Below are positions 21,512-31,200 of a DNA stretch of 56,555 nt, piece by piece. The notes under the pieces are model-generated. The model did not search any database and had not been told where the DNA came from. It was given only the letters and a program-made list of their open reading frames with translations. A program made the position numbers and the translations under genes. Position 1 is the first letter of the stretch; every line of letters starts with the position of its first letter. The stretch is from Candidatus Nomurabacteria bacterium. Its GTDB lineage: Bacteria; Patescibacteriota; Minisyncoccia; Phycocordibacterales; UBA9973. The stretch spans positions 1 through 56,555 of the forward strand of contig JBAXFQ010000004.1 of the NCBI GenBank assembly GCA_037139835.1, read 5' to 3'.

Positions 21512-21739
21512 ATGGAAAATACTATTAGTGAAAAGAAATCTTTTGTTTGTGTTAAATGTGGAAATATAACTTATACTTCAGGTAAAATTTCTACTACCGG
21601 CGGTATTTTAACTAAAATTCTTAATCTTCAAAATAATAAATTTATTACTGTTTCTTGTTTAAAATGTGGATACACTGAATTATATAAAACAGTAACATCG
21701 GGTATTGAGAATGTAGCTGATTTCCTTATTGGTAAATAA
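21512..21739 (+). CDS. Zinc-ribbon protein (DUF2082-like)
   Basis: CVKCG ... CLKCGYTELY. Confidence 0.85.
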   Translation: MENTISEKKSFVCVKCGNITYTSGKISTTGGILTKILNLQNNKFITVSCLKCGYTELYKTVTSGIENVADFLIGK

Positions 21740-21870
21740 TTTATTCTTTTGTTATACTCTTCCTAACTTAACCTCAAGTTTGGAAGAGTATTTTCAATTC
21801 ATATTTTATAGTGGTTTTTAAAAGACAGTTTGGGGTTCGAATTTAAAACATTTGATGTTACAATAAATAT

Positions 21871-22329
21871 ATGGGAGAAGAATTTTTAGATATTATTGGT
21901 CTTTTTGTGTTTATTTCAGGTTTTATTATTGGATTAGGTGCAGTTACAGTTATTGATTTTCATGGATTTTTAGGTAGAAAATCTTCATATTGGACTGAAG
22001 CAACAATTAGAACCCATAAGGTAACTAAACCTTTAATTTGGACTGGTATTTGTCTGGTGATTATTGGTGGTCTTATTTTTTATAGGAATGAACCATTTTC
22101 AGGAATTCCTTTGATTCACTTAATTGGGGCACTAGTGTTAATCCTGAACGGTATTTTCCTTTCTTTTTATGTAAGTCCATTTTTAATTAAGAAAGAAAAA
22201 GAAGGCAAACAAAAAGAACTTTTACCATATTCTCTACAGTTTAAAATAATGTTGAGTTTAATATTTTCTGATATTGTTTGGTGGGGGTCACTTTTTCTCC
22301 TTGTATGGTTTATTGTTAGAAAATTTTAG
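21871..22329 (+). CDS. Hypothetical membrane protein (4 TM helices)
   Basis: Hydrophobic ORF with a GLGAVTVID motif; -10 box just upstream. Confidence 0.8.
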   Translation: MGEEFLDIIGLFVFISGFIIGLGAVTVIDFHGFLGRKSSYWTEATIRTHKVTKPLIWTGICLVIIGGLIFYRNEPFSGIPLIHLIGALVLILNGIFLSFYVSPFLIKKEKEGKQKELLPYSLQFKIMLSLIFSDIVWWGSLFLLVWFIVRKF

Positions 22330-22346
22330 ATTTATATAGTAGAGAT

Positions 22347-22802
22347 ATGATAAAAAAAATAAATAAAAATATTTTTGATACTCGATTTAAACCAGATTTA
22401 ACTCCCAAAGAAATGCTCGAACTTGGTGTGTTTGGTGGATTGTATTTTTCTGACAAACCAAAAGAGTTTCCTGATGATTGGTTTATAAAAGCTAAGTTAT
22501 CTTCTGATGGGAAACGCCATAAAGAACTTAACTTTTTCGGTGTAAATGCTAGTCAGCCACTTTCTGTGTGGCAAACAAAAGGTTGGGTTCGACCACAAGA
22601 CCCACGTGGATGGTTTCAATGGTATTGCAGATATTATATAGGGCGTAGGACTATTGATGATGATAGACAGATCAAAAGATGGTTAGCTATGCGTAGGCAT
22701 ATAATTCAAATTAAAAATAATTGTCGAACTGGAGATATCTTCTGCCGACCTAGGCAAAGACAGGCATTATTGCATTGGGCTTATGATTCTAGAAAGATGT
22801 AA
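22347..22802 (+). CDS. Conserved hypothetical protein
   Basis: LTPKEMLELGVFGG, DPRGWFQWYCRYY and RQALLHWAYD motifs; function not known to me. Confidence 0.85.
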   Translation: MIKKINKNIFDTRFKPDLTPKEMLELGVFGGLYFSDKPKEFPDDWFIKAKLSSDGKRHKELNFFGVNASQPLSVWQTKGWVRPQDPRGWFQWYCRYYIGRRTIDDDRQIKRWLAMRRHIIQIKNNCRTGDIFCRPRQRQALLHWAYDSRKM

Positions 22803-22937
22803 AAACATTCCTATTTATTTAATACATCAAATCGATTAATAAAAATTCCTTAAAAATATGGCTAATAAAATTTATTCATTTAAAGTCATAACCATAGGTT
22901 CTCGTTATTTATTATTTTTTTTGTTATAATTAACAAT

Positions 22938-23333
22938 ATGGATACATATAATTGGTACTCAAAGTTAATCAAACCATCATGGTCGCCACCGTCGTATCTT
23001 TTTGGTCCAGTCTGGACATCTTTGTATATATTAATTTTTATTTCTTTTGGTAAAGTTTTTATGATGGCTTGGAATAAGCAGATTCCTTTCGTTGTTGCCT
23101 TACCTTTTATTTTAAATTTATTTTTTAATGCTATATTTACAACTTTGCAATTCCGTCTACAGAATAATTTCTTGGCAGCTATAGATATATCTCTAGTATT
23201 AGTAACTCTTATTTGTTCTATGATTTTTATTTTTCCATATGCAAGATGGATCACATATATTCAAATTCCATATTTATTGTGGGTTTCTTTTGCAACAATC
23301 TTGCAGTTTACAATAACATATTTAAATAAATAA
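22938..23333 (+). CDS. tspO: TspO/MBR family tryptophan-rich sensory protein
   Basis: WYSKLIKPSWSPPSYLFGPVWT and PYLLWVSFATIL. Confidence 0.93.
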   Translation: MDTYNWYSKLIKPSWSPPSYLFGPVWTSLYILIFISFGKVFMMAWNKQIPFVVALPFILNLFFNAIFTTLQFRLQNNFLAAIDISLVLVTLICSMIFIFPYARWITYIQIPYLLWVSFATILQFTITYLNK

Positions 23334-23464
23334 TCATGTGAGTTTGTGATATAAATCATAAATATTTATATAGAAAATATTTAATTACTGAACACAAGAA
23401 AATACAATTGCTTTTTTAAGTGATTTATATTGCTGTAAATGATAAAATACAATTAAAGCTTCAA

Positions 23465-23544
23465 GCCAACGAACCTGCTTTAAAAGGCAGACAACACGGA
23501 TGGGGAAATAATAACTCTTAGAGGTTCGAATCCTCTCGTTGGCA
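23465..23544 (+). ncRNA. tRNA-like RNA (acceptor stem and T arm, no canonical D or anticodon arm)
   Basis: GCCAACG/CGTTGGC plus an A discriminator; AGAGG-TTCGAAT-CCTCT; TGATAAAAT promoter-like box upstream. Confidence 0.55.
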
Positions 23545-23679
23545 CGTAAAGTAAACTGCTTTACTTTACGTAGAGGATTCGAAAGATTATTTGTTACTTT
23601 GTAATCAAAGTCGAATAATACCCGAATCGGTAAGATTCGAATCCTCTCGTTGGCACGTAAAGTAAACTGCTTTACTTTA
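23545..23679. repeat. Palindrome, inverted T arm, structured core and direct repeat of the tRNA-like 3' end
   Basis: TTCGAATCCTCTCGTTGGCACGTAAAGTAAACTGCTTTACTTTA occurs at 23525 and 23636; AGAGGATTCGAA is the inverted copy at 23572. Confidence 0.85.
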
Positions 23680-23746
23680 TAACATAAAAAGGCCTCGTAA
23701 AACGAGGCTTTTTACTATCATTTATATATTTTGATACAATATATAA

Positions 23747-24970
23747 ATGTTAAAAAAGGCAGACAATCTATATCTTCATGCGGACGGGGATTCATTCTTC
23801 GTGGCTTGTGAGGTGTCTCAGAATCCTAAATACAAGGGCTTGCCTGTAGTGGTGGGTGAAGATAGAGGTATAGCAGTAGCTATGAGTTACGAAGCCAAGA
23901 AGCTGGGTGTAACTCGTGGTATGCCTGTATTTCAAATAAAAAAACAATTTCCGAAAGTTATCATTCTTTCTCATCATTTTGATCTATATCGAAAGATATC
24001 TGATGATGTTTATAATATATTCTTGTCGTATCTTGAGATGGTTGAAATATATAGTATAGATGAATGTTTTATGGTTGTTAAACCTTCAGATATAAAACAT
24101 GCTGGTTCTGTGGAAAAACTCGTAGAGAATATTAAAAATGAAATTAAAAGTAAAATAGGTGTGACTTACTCTTTTGGGCTAGGACGAACAAAAGTTTTAG
24201 CAAAAACAGCTTCCAAGCTTGAGAAGCCAAATGGTACAGTGTTACTTTTAAGTGAACAAGACGAAGAAAGGGCACTTAAAAAAACTTTAATAAAAGATGT
24301 TTGGGGTATAGGCAAGCAGACTGTCCCCAGGTTGTACGATATGGGTATAAGAACGGCTTATGACTTCGTTCATTATTCTAGGGAGTATATTGAAAAGTAT
24401 TTTCCTCAAACATTGCTTTATATAAAGCAAGAGTTATCTGGTGAATCTGTATTAGATTTCGATCCTAATCATGACCCAAGAGATCAAAAGTCTATCCAAT
24501 CTACTGCAACTTTCAAGCCTGCAACGAATGATCCAAAAATAATTTTTGCAGAACTTTCTTCAAATATTGAGAGAGCATGTGAAAATGCAAGAGAATTAAA
24601 TCTTATGACAAATTCAGTTTCATGTTTTGTAAAAAATACAAATTTTGTTATTCGTACTAAGGATTGTCATTTACCTCTATATACAAATAATCCAAGTGTG
24701 ATACTTAACTGTTTGGATTCTATTTTTAATAAATTATTACAAGATGATGAAAAAATACGATCTACTGGAGTTACCTTGCATAATTTGCGTCGCAGCGAAG
24801 AGGTACCAAGAGATTTATTTGGTGTACAGGATAAGTCAGAATCTAAAAATATAATAGAAGAGGTATGTGACATCATAAAAGCCAGATTTGGTAACGACGC
24901 ACTAAAACACGCATCTTCACTTAAGGGAAGTAAAAAACAAAAAGGGAATTCATTCCCTAAACCGCATTAG
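23747..24970 (+). CDS. dinB: Y-family DNA polymerase (Pol IV/UmuC-like)
   Basis: HADGDSFFVACE, SYEAKKLGVTRGMP, YSIDECF, AKTASKLEKPNG, VWGIG. Confidence 0.9.
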   Translation: MLKKADNLYLHADGDSFFVACEVSQNPKYKGLPVVVGEDRGIAVAMSYEAKKLGVTRGMPVFQIKKQFPKVIILSHHFDLYRKISDDVYNIFLSYLEMVEIYSIDECFMVVKPSDIKHAGSVEKLVENIKNEIKSKIGVTYSFGLGRTKVLAKTASKLEKPNGTVLLLSEQDEERALKKTLIKDVWGIGKQTVPRLYDMGIRTAYDFVHYSREYIEKYFPQTLLYIKQELSGESVLDFDPNHDPRDQKSIQSTATFKPATNDPKIIFAELSSNIERACENARELNLMTNSVSCFVKNTNFVIRTKDCHLPLYTNNPSVILNCLDSIFNKLLQDDEKIRSTGVTLHNLRRSEEVPRDLFGVQDKSESKNIIEEVCDIIKARFGNDALKHASSLKGSKKQKGNSFPKPH

Positions 24971-25002
24971 TGTGATATTATCTACATACAACTTAATAGT
25001 TT

Positions 25003-25152
25003 GATATCAGGAGTATGGCGAGAGCACTGGCTCAACGACCCATCAGCAACCCTTAGAGATAAGAAGGTGCTAAATCCAGCCAATAGTTGAAAAACTATAT
25101 GGAAAGATAAGACTAGTCATCTATATCTTTCCTCTTATTAGAGGAATTTTTT
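25003..25152 (+). promoter_or_regulatory. SAM-I (S-box) riboswitch with terminator
   Basis: ATCAGGAG..GAGAGCACTGGCTC..GAC..CAGCAACC..GGTGCTAAATCC..GAAAGAT, followed by TTCCTC/GAGGAA plus a T tract, directly upstream of metK. Confidence 0.92.
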
Positions 25153-25165
25153 AATTTAAAAATGT

Positions 25166-26104
25166 ATGAGTATAAAGACGGCGGAATTTGTGAGTCCTAA
25201 ACATCCAGACAAAATTTGTGATTATATAGCAGATAGTATTCTCGATTCTTTTTTGGAAGGCGATAAAGATAGTCGTTGTGCGATAGAAGTAATGGGAGGA
25301 CATAATTTGATAACAATAAACGGAGAAGTGACTTCAAAAATAAAAATAGATATTGAAAAAATCGTAAAAGATATAGTTGGTAAGGATAATAAAATTATTT
25401 CAAATATAGTAACACAAAGTCTCCAAATAGCTTTTGGTGTAGATAACGGGGGAGCAGGAGATCAAGGAATAATGAAAGGTTATGCAACGAATGAGACAGA
25501 AGAATATTTACCTCTCGAGTATAGTCTTGCTCGTAATCTTTGCATGAAAGTATTTGAAGTTTATCCTTATGATGGTAAGACTCAGGTAACTATAGAAAAC
25601 GGAAAAGTAAAAACAGTTGTATGTAGTTTTCAAAATACAAAAAATGATAAATTGTTAGAACTGGTAAAAAGTATTATTGAAGCAAAAGAGTATCATATTA
25701 ATCCATCTGGTGAATGGAATCAAGGAGGTTTTGATGCTGATACAGGTCTTTCAGGTAGGAAGCTTATAGTAGATAATTATGGACCAGAAGTGACAATAGG
25801 CGGCGGATCATTTTCTGGTAAGGATTATACTAAAGTCGATAGATCTGGGGCTTATATGGCTCGTATGGTAGCTGTAGACTTACTTAAAAAACATAAGGCA
25901 AGGGAAGTTTATACAAAGCTTGCATATGCTATAGGTAAAAGTGAACCAGTCATGGCAGTAGCAGTGATAGATGGGAAAGAAATTGATATAGAAGGATATG
26001 ATTTGTCACCAAGAGGTATATATAAGAAATTAAAACTCGACAATGTAAAGTATAGAGATACTTGTACTTGGGGTCATTTCGGAAGAAGTTTTAATTGGGA
26101 TTAG
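25166..26104 (+). CDS. metK: S-adenosylmethionine synthetase (short form)
   Basis: HPDKICD, GAGDQG, DGKTQVT, DTGLSGRKLIVDNYG, GGGSFSGKDYTKVDRS, GHFG. Confidence 0.97.
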   Translation: MSIKTAEFVSPKHPDKICDYIADSILDSFLEGDKDSRCAIEVMGGHNLITINGEVTSKIKIDIEKIVKDIVGKDNKIISNIVTQSLQIAFGVDNGGAGDQGIMKGYATNETEEYLPLEYSLARNLCMKVFEVYPYDGKTQVTIENGKVKTVVCSFQNTKNDKLLELVKSIIEAKEYHINPSGEWNQGGFDADTGLSGRKLIVDNYGPEVTIGGGSFSGKDYTKVDRSGAYMARMVAVDLLKKHKAREVYTKLAYAIGKSEPVMAVAVIDGKEIDIEGYDLSPRGIYKKLKLDNVKYRDTCTWGHFGRSFNWD

Positions 26105-26174
26105 ATAGTATATTATTGACAGAAGACTTTTTCAGAAGTAATGTGAAGAAAAGTAATCATTTAAAACTAAAATT

Positions 26175-26540
26175 ATGAGAAAGACTGAACGACAAACAGA
26201 TTTCACTTTTGAAGAGATACTTGATCTCTTGGATGGCAAGGATGAATACTATCCTAGTACCATGCTTCTAAACTAGATCGGAATGATACATTCTTTTGGT
26301 AAGGATAAGGATAGCGAAAAAGTATTGATATGCTATTTGAGCGATACTGATCCAGATCTCAGAATTATATCTTTTTGTCATCTTTATGGTGATAAGATGA
26401 TGCTTGCTAAAAATCATTTACTTTTGGCAGATTTTCGTTTAAGACCAGAGAACCAGCAGTTGCTAGAAGAGATAGATGAAGCTATTGCTCATAATGAAAA
26501 AATGAGAGCTTCACCTAGCTTTGCTTGGGGAGTTAAATAA
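26175..26540 (+). pseudogene. Hypothetical gene with one in-frame TAG (26274-26276)
   Basis: The ATG at 26175 follows a TTGACA promoter and an A-rich leader and is in frame with the 26283..26540 ORF; only one stop lies between them. Confidence 0.55.
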
Positions 26541-26646
26541 TTACGAATGTAATTTTTAATTTAAATTAAGTATTATCAGCCTATTGGAATTAAATTTCAA
26601 TAGGCTGATTTATGTATTAATAATTAAATGATATAATACACACATT

Positions 26647-27018
26647 ATGGAAACAACAATTTTAGTTATAAAAGTTTTGGGTATATATATGATGTCGAGT
26701 GGACTATTGTTAATTTTAAAAAAGAAAAGCTTGATAATCTTATTGAAAGATTTCTATAGTCATCCTGCATTGATATATTTAACTAGCACTATTTTGATTT
26801 TTCTTTCATCTATATATTTACTTCAATACAATATTTGGGATGGCTCTTATAAAACAATAGTTACAGTAATCGTATGGTTAACCATGGTGAAAGGTCTTAG
26901 TTATATATTTATACCAGAAATATTAAATAAAATTTCAGTGAATAAATATCAAAGATATTTTGTATTGTATGGTTTGATAGCTTTTGTTGTTGGATTATAT
27001 CTTTTTACACTTAAATAA
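26647..27018 (+). CDS. Hypothetical membrane protein (4 TM helices)
   Basis: Hydrophobic 123-aa ORF; TG-A-TATAAT just upstream. Confidence 0.8.
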   Translation: METTILVIKVLGIYMMSSGLLLILKKKSLIILLKDFYSHPALIYLTSTILIFLSSIYLLQYNIWDGSYKTIVTVIVWLTMVKGLSYIFIPEILNKISVNKYQRYFVLYGLIAFVVGLYLFTLK

Positions 27019-27045
27019 TATTTATTCAAAAAATAGTTAAAATTT

Positions 27046-27210
27046 ATGAGCTCAAAATCCACAATTATGGTTTTTATGATAGTTGGCTCTACTGTAGGTA
27101 GTTTGATACCTATGATATGGGGAGCTACATTTTTTGATACATCATCGGTCATATTAACTGCTGTAGGAGGAGCTTTTGGTATATGGCTTGGTTTAAGAAT
27201 CAGTAATTAA
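27046..27210 (+). CDS. 54-aa two-helix glycine-rich membrane protein
   Basis: Hand translation MSSKSTIMVFMIVGSTVGSLIPMIWG...VGGAFGIWLGLRISN. Confidence 0.75.
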   Translation: MSSKSTIMVFMIVGSTVGSLIPMIWGATFFDTSSVILTAVGGAFGIWLGLRISN

Positions 27211-27270
27211 TTTTTTCAATTTATAGCAGTCGAATTTTATTAGTTTATATAATAATTTTTTAAAAATAAT

Positions 27271-27789
27271 ATGTATATTTCAATAATTTTAGGGACAGGA
27301 AGGGAAGGAAGGCAGTCAGAAAAAGTTTCTAATTATATGTTACAAGAAATAAAGAAGAATAATATCCAAGGTGAAGTCATAGATGCTCGTGATTATAGAA
27401 TTGAATCGACCGATGCATCAGGTATATCGGAAAAAGCTATAAAATATAGAGATATTATTAATAAATCTGATGCATTGATAATAGTTTCCCCAGAGTATAA
27501 CCATGGTTATCCTGGTGAATTAAAAATGATGCTAGATATGCTATATAAAGAATATACACATAAACCTGTTGGTTTTTGTGGAGTATCCGCTGGTGGTTTA
27601 GGAGGAGCGAGAGTTGTAGAACAATTAAGATTAGTTTGTATTGAATTTCGTATGATTCCCATCAGAGAAGCTTTGTATTTTTCTACAGTGCAAAATATGT
27701 TTGATGAATTAGGTAATATAAAAGATAATACTTTATCTAGTAGGGTTAAAGTATTTTTAGATGAACTTGTCTCTTTTAAGAATAAATAG
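27271..27789 (+). CDS. NAD(P)H-dependent FMN reductase
   Basis: ILGTGREGRQS, SPEYNHGYPGELK, SAGGLGGAR. Confidence 0.93.
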   Translation: MYISIILGTGREGRQSEKVSNYMLQEIKKNNIQGEVIDARDYRIESTDASGISEKAIKYRDIINKSDALIIVSPEYNHGYPGELKMMLDMLYKEYTHKPVGFCGVSAGGLGGARVVEQLRLVCIEFRMIPIREALYFSTVQNMFDELGNIKDNTLSSRVKVFLDELVSFKNK

Positions 27790-27845
27790 TAAATTCTACC
27801 TTTAATAATTTGCTTTTTATTATTATTTTAAGTTATAATTATTAC

Positions 27846-28187
27846 ATGAAGAAATATATATATGGTTCTATTATTTTAGTATTTCTTCTTGTGTTGGCCT
27901 ACTTATTTTTTTTCAGATTTAACACAAAAAAAGATACTAATATTTATAAAGATTTGCCTATTTACAGTCTAGAACAACTTAAGAGTTATGATGGTACTAA
28001 CCCAGGATTACCTATTTATGTAGGGTTAGATGGTTATGTATATGACGTAACTCCAGGAAAGAGTTTTTATGCTCCAGGTGGAACGTACCACAATATAGCA
28101 GGCACAGATGCTACAAAAGAGTTGCAAATATTCGGAGGAGATATTATTAGAACAAAATACAAAATAGTTGGAAATATTGGTCAATAG
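27846..28187 (+). CDS. Membrane-anchored cytochrome b5-like heme/steroid-binding protein (MAPR type)
   Basis: N-terminal TM helix; YSLEQLKSYDG, IYVGLDGYVYDVT, FYAPGGTY, AGTDAT. Start moved to the ATG at 27846. Confidence 0.9.
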   Translation: MKKYIYGSIILVFLLVLAYLFFFRFNTKKDTNIYKDLPIYSLEQLKSYDGTNPGLPIYVGLDGYVYDVTPGKSFYAPGGTYHNIAGTDATKELQIFGGDIIRTKYKIVGNIGQ

Positions 28188-28200
28188 ATTTTTTTATTTC

Positions 28201-31200
28201 ATGCGATTAAATACTTTTTTTATCATCATTATTGTTGCAATCCTTTTAGTTGGAGGTTATTTTACTTACGATTTTTTGAGTTTAAAAAATAAATCTAAGG
28301 ATGCATTTATATTTCATCAAGATGGAAATAATGTAGGTCAGGAAGGATCTACGAATGCAAATATAAAAAATAATAGCAATATCATTGATGTCCCAAAGAT
28401 AGAAGTTTTGGATTCACAAGTTACACTTTATTGGTCTCCATTACCAAATGCTACAGAGAATCAACTTTATCATATTATCTCAAATGGTGTTGATATTGGA
28501 AGTACTCCATATTTAAAATATGCAGTTATAAATCTTGAGCCACTCAAGACTTATCCTTTTATAGTTGAAGCTGTAGATAATAGCGGAAAGGTTATGGCTC
28601 AATCCTCAGAATTAAATGTAACAACAAAATCAACTCAAGAAGTAGCTTCATCTAAAGATAAAGAAGCTCCTAAGCAAATAACAGATCTATCAAGTTCAAA
28701 TCTTAAGCCAAATTCTGCTGATTTATCGTGGACATCACCTTCAGACTCTCCTTCGGGAGGATCTGTAGCATTTTATGATATACGATATTCTACAAATGAA
28801 ATAACATCTGATTCATGGATTTCTTCTACTCCTATTTCTGGAGAAATAAAACCTCTAAGTCCAGGATCTAAACAAAAATATATATTAGATGGTTTGTCCC
28901 AAGGGCAAAAATATTTTGTAGCTATTCGTTCTATGGATTTAGCTGGAAACACTTCAGATATCTCTAACGTAGTTTCTTTTGGTACACAGGGAAATTTATC
29001 CACATCTGGTTATGTAGAGGAAGATACTATAGCACCTACTGTCCCAAAGAATTTAGTTGCAACAGCTGCTTCTTCTAAACAAGTCAATCTTTCTTGGCTT
29101 GCTTCTACAGATGCTATAGGTGTGTCCGGGTATAATATAAATAGATGTATTGGAGCAAAATGTACTACTGTAACTAAAATAGCTACTTCAAATAAAAAAT
29201 TATATTTTAATATTGGTTTAACACCTTCAACTATTTATCGCTATTCAGTTTCTGCTTATGATGCTGCTGGTAACGTTAGTGCTAATTCTTCAATAGCACA
29301 AGCAACAACTAAGGCAGTATCAGCTGTAGACAATACTGCTCCAACTATACCTACAGGATTAGTTGCTACAGCTACTTCACCTAACCAAATTAATATTTAT
29401 TGGAATGCATCAACTGATTCTGTGGGGGTATCAGGTTATAGGATAAATAGATGTAATAGTTCAGGTTGTACTCCAACTTCTCAGATTGCAACTCCTTCTA
29501 GTCGTTCTTATTCAGATACAGGTCTTATTGCCTCAACTACTTATCGCTATTCTGTATCTGCATATGATGCTGCAGGTAATATAAGTGGATCTTCTTCTGT
29601 ATCACAAGCTACTACAGTAGCAGCTTCTGTTCCTGATGTCGTGACACCTCCCATTGTAAATTTTAATTCTACTTGTGGATCAGGTGGCTCATGTACTGCA
29701 GCTGACATAGCACCTCATAACACACGTGGAAATTGTTGGGTTTATTTATATGGTCCTTTTACTTCAAAATTTACTTCAAATAAGGCTTATAATATTACTA
29801 GCTACGTAGCTAATGGTAGTAATCATCCAGGAGGAGATATCATTGTTCCTTATTGTGGACAAAATATTTATGATTACTTTATTCTCGGAAATGGCAACGG
29901 TTGGAGTCATACATCTTCTGCTATTAATACAGTTCTCCAAGCTTACTATATCGGACCTTTTTCTTCTTCATCTGTACCTCTCACTCCTACATTAGATACA
30001 GTAGCTCCAACTACACCTAGTGGTTTAACAGCAACAGCATTTTCTTCCTCTCAAATAAATCTTTCTTGGAATGCATCAGCTGATGCTGTAGGAGTGACAG
30101 GGTATAAAATATATAAAAATGGTACACAGATTACTACTACAAGTAATACTTCATATTCTAGTACAGGTCTTTCGTCTGCCACATTGTATACTTACTATGT
30201 AGTTGCTTATGATACTGCTGGTAATAATAGTAATTCGTCATCAACTGCTCAAGCAACTACTCAATCATTAACTTCAACACAAACTTGTGGTACTGGTGGT
30301 TCTTGTACGGCCGCAGATATTGCTCCTCATAATACCCGTGGAAATTGTTGGGTGTATCTAAGTGGTCCTTTTACTTCAAATTTTACTTCAAATAAGGCAT
30401 ATAATATAACTAGCTATGTAGCAAACGGTAGTAGTGGCCATCCAGGAGGAGATATCATTGTTCCTTATTGTGGACAAAATATTTATGATTACTTTATTCT
30501 CGGAAATGGCAACGGATGGAGTCATTCGTCATCTGCTATTAATACAGTCCTTCAAGCTTATTACATTGGACCTTTTACAGGATCATCAAATAATAATAAT
30601 AATGCATCAGATACAACAGCCCCTACTGCTCCTACAGGATTAATTGCTAAAGTTATTTCTTCTTCTCAAATAGATCTTTCTTGGAATGCATCAACTGATG
30701 CAACAGGAGTAACAGGTTATAAAATATATCAAAATGGAATTCAAATAGACATTGCAACTTCAACTTCGTACTCTGATACAGGTCTGACAAATAATACTTC
30801 TTATACTTATAAGATTGTTGCTTATGATGATGCTGGAAATAATAGTAATTATTCTTCATCAGCACAAGTAACAACCCAAGATAATTCAGATACAATATCT
30901 CCTACCGTATCTCTTGCTGCTCCAGCAGATGGATCAACTGTATCAGGTTCGTCGGTAGTTGTTTCAGCAAATGCAACTGATAATGTGGGTGTTGCAGGAG
31001 TTCAATTTAAACTAGATGGGTCTGATATTAATGCAGAAGATACAGTATCTCCATATTCTATAATTTGGAACAGTGTCATTTTCCCAGACGGTTATCATTT
31101 GTTGACGGCTTTAGCTAGGGATGCAGCAGGTAATACTACAGTTTCTCTTTCGAGAACTATAAATATTTTAAATAATATAGTAACTTCTGATACCACAGCA

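Noticed and set aside
23525-23679. Possible CRISPR array
   Set aside because: There are only two copies, they derive from a tRNA-like 3' end, and there are no cas genes.
17424-23680. Prophage or integrative element bounded by tRNA repeats
   Set aside because: There are no integrase or phage genes. The direct repeats are only about 110-165 nt apart, and the two loci have different sequences, so they are not an attL/attR pair.
29671-30580. Near-identical b5 repeats as a DGR template/variable pair
   Set aside because: The differences are mostly synonymous and not adenine-specific, both copies are coding, and no reverse transcriptase is present in the window.
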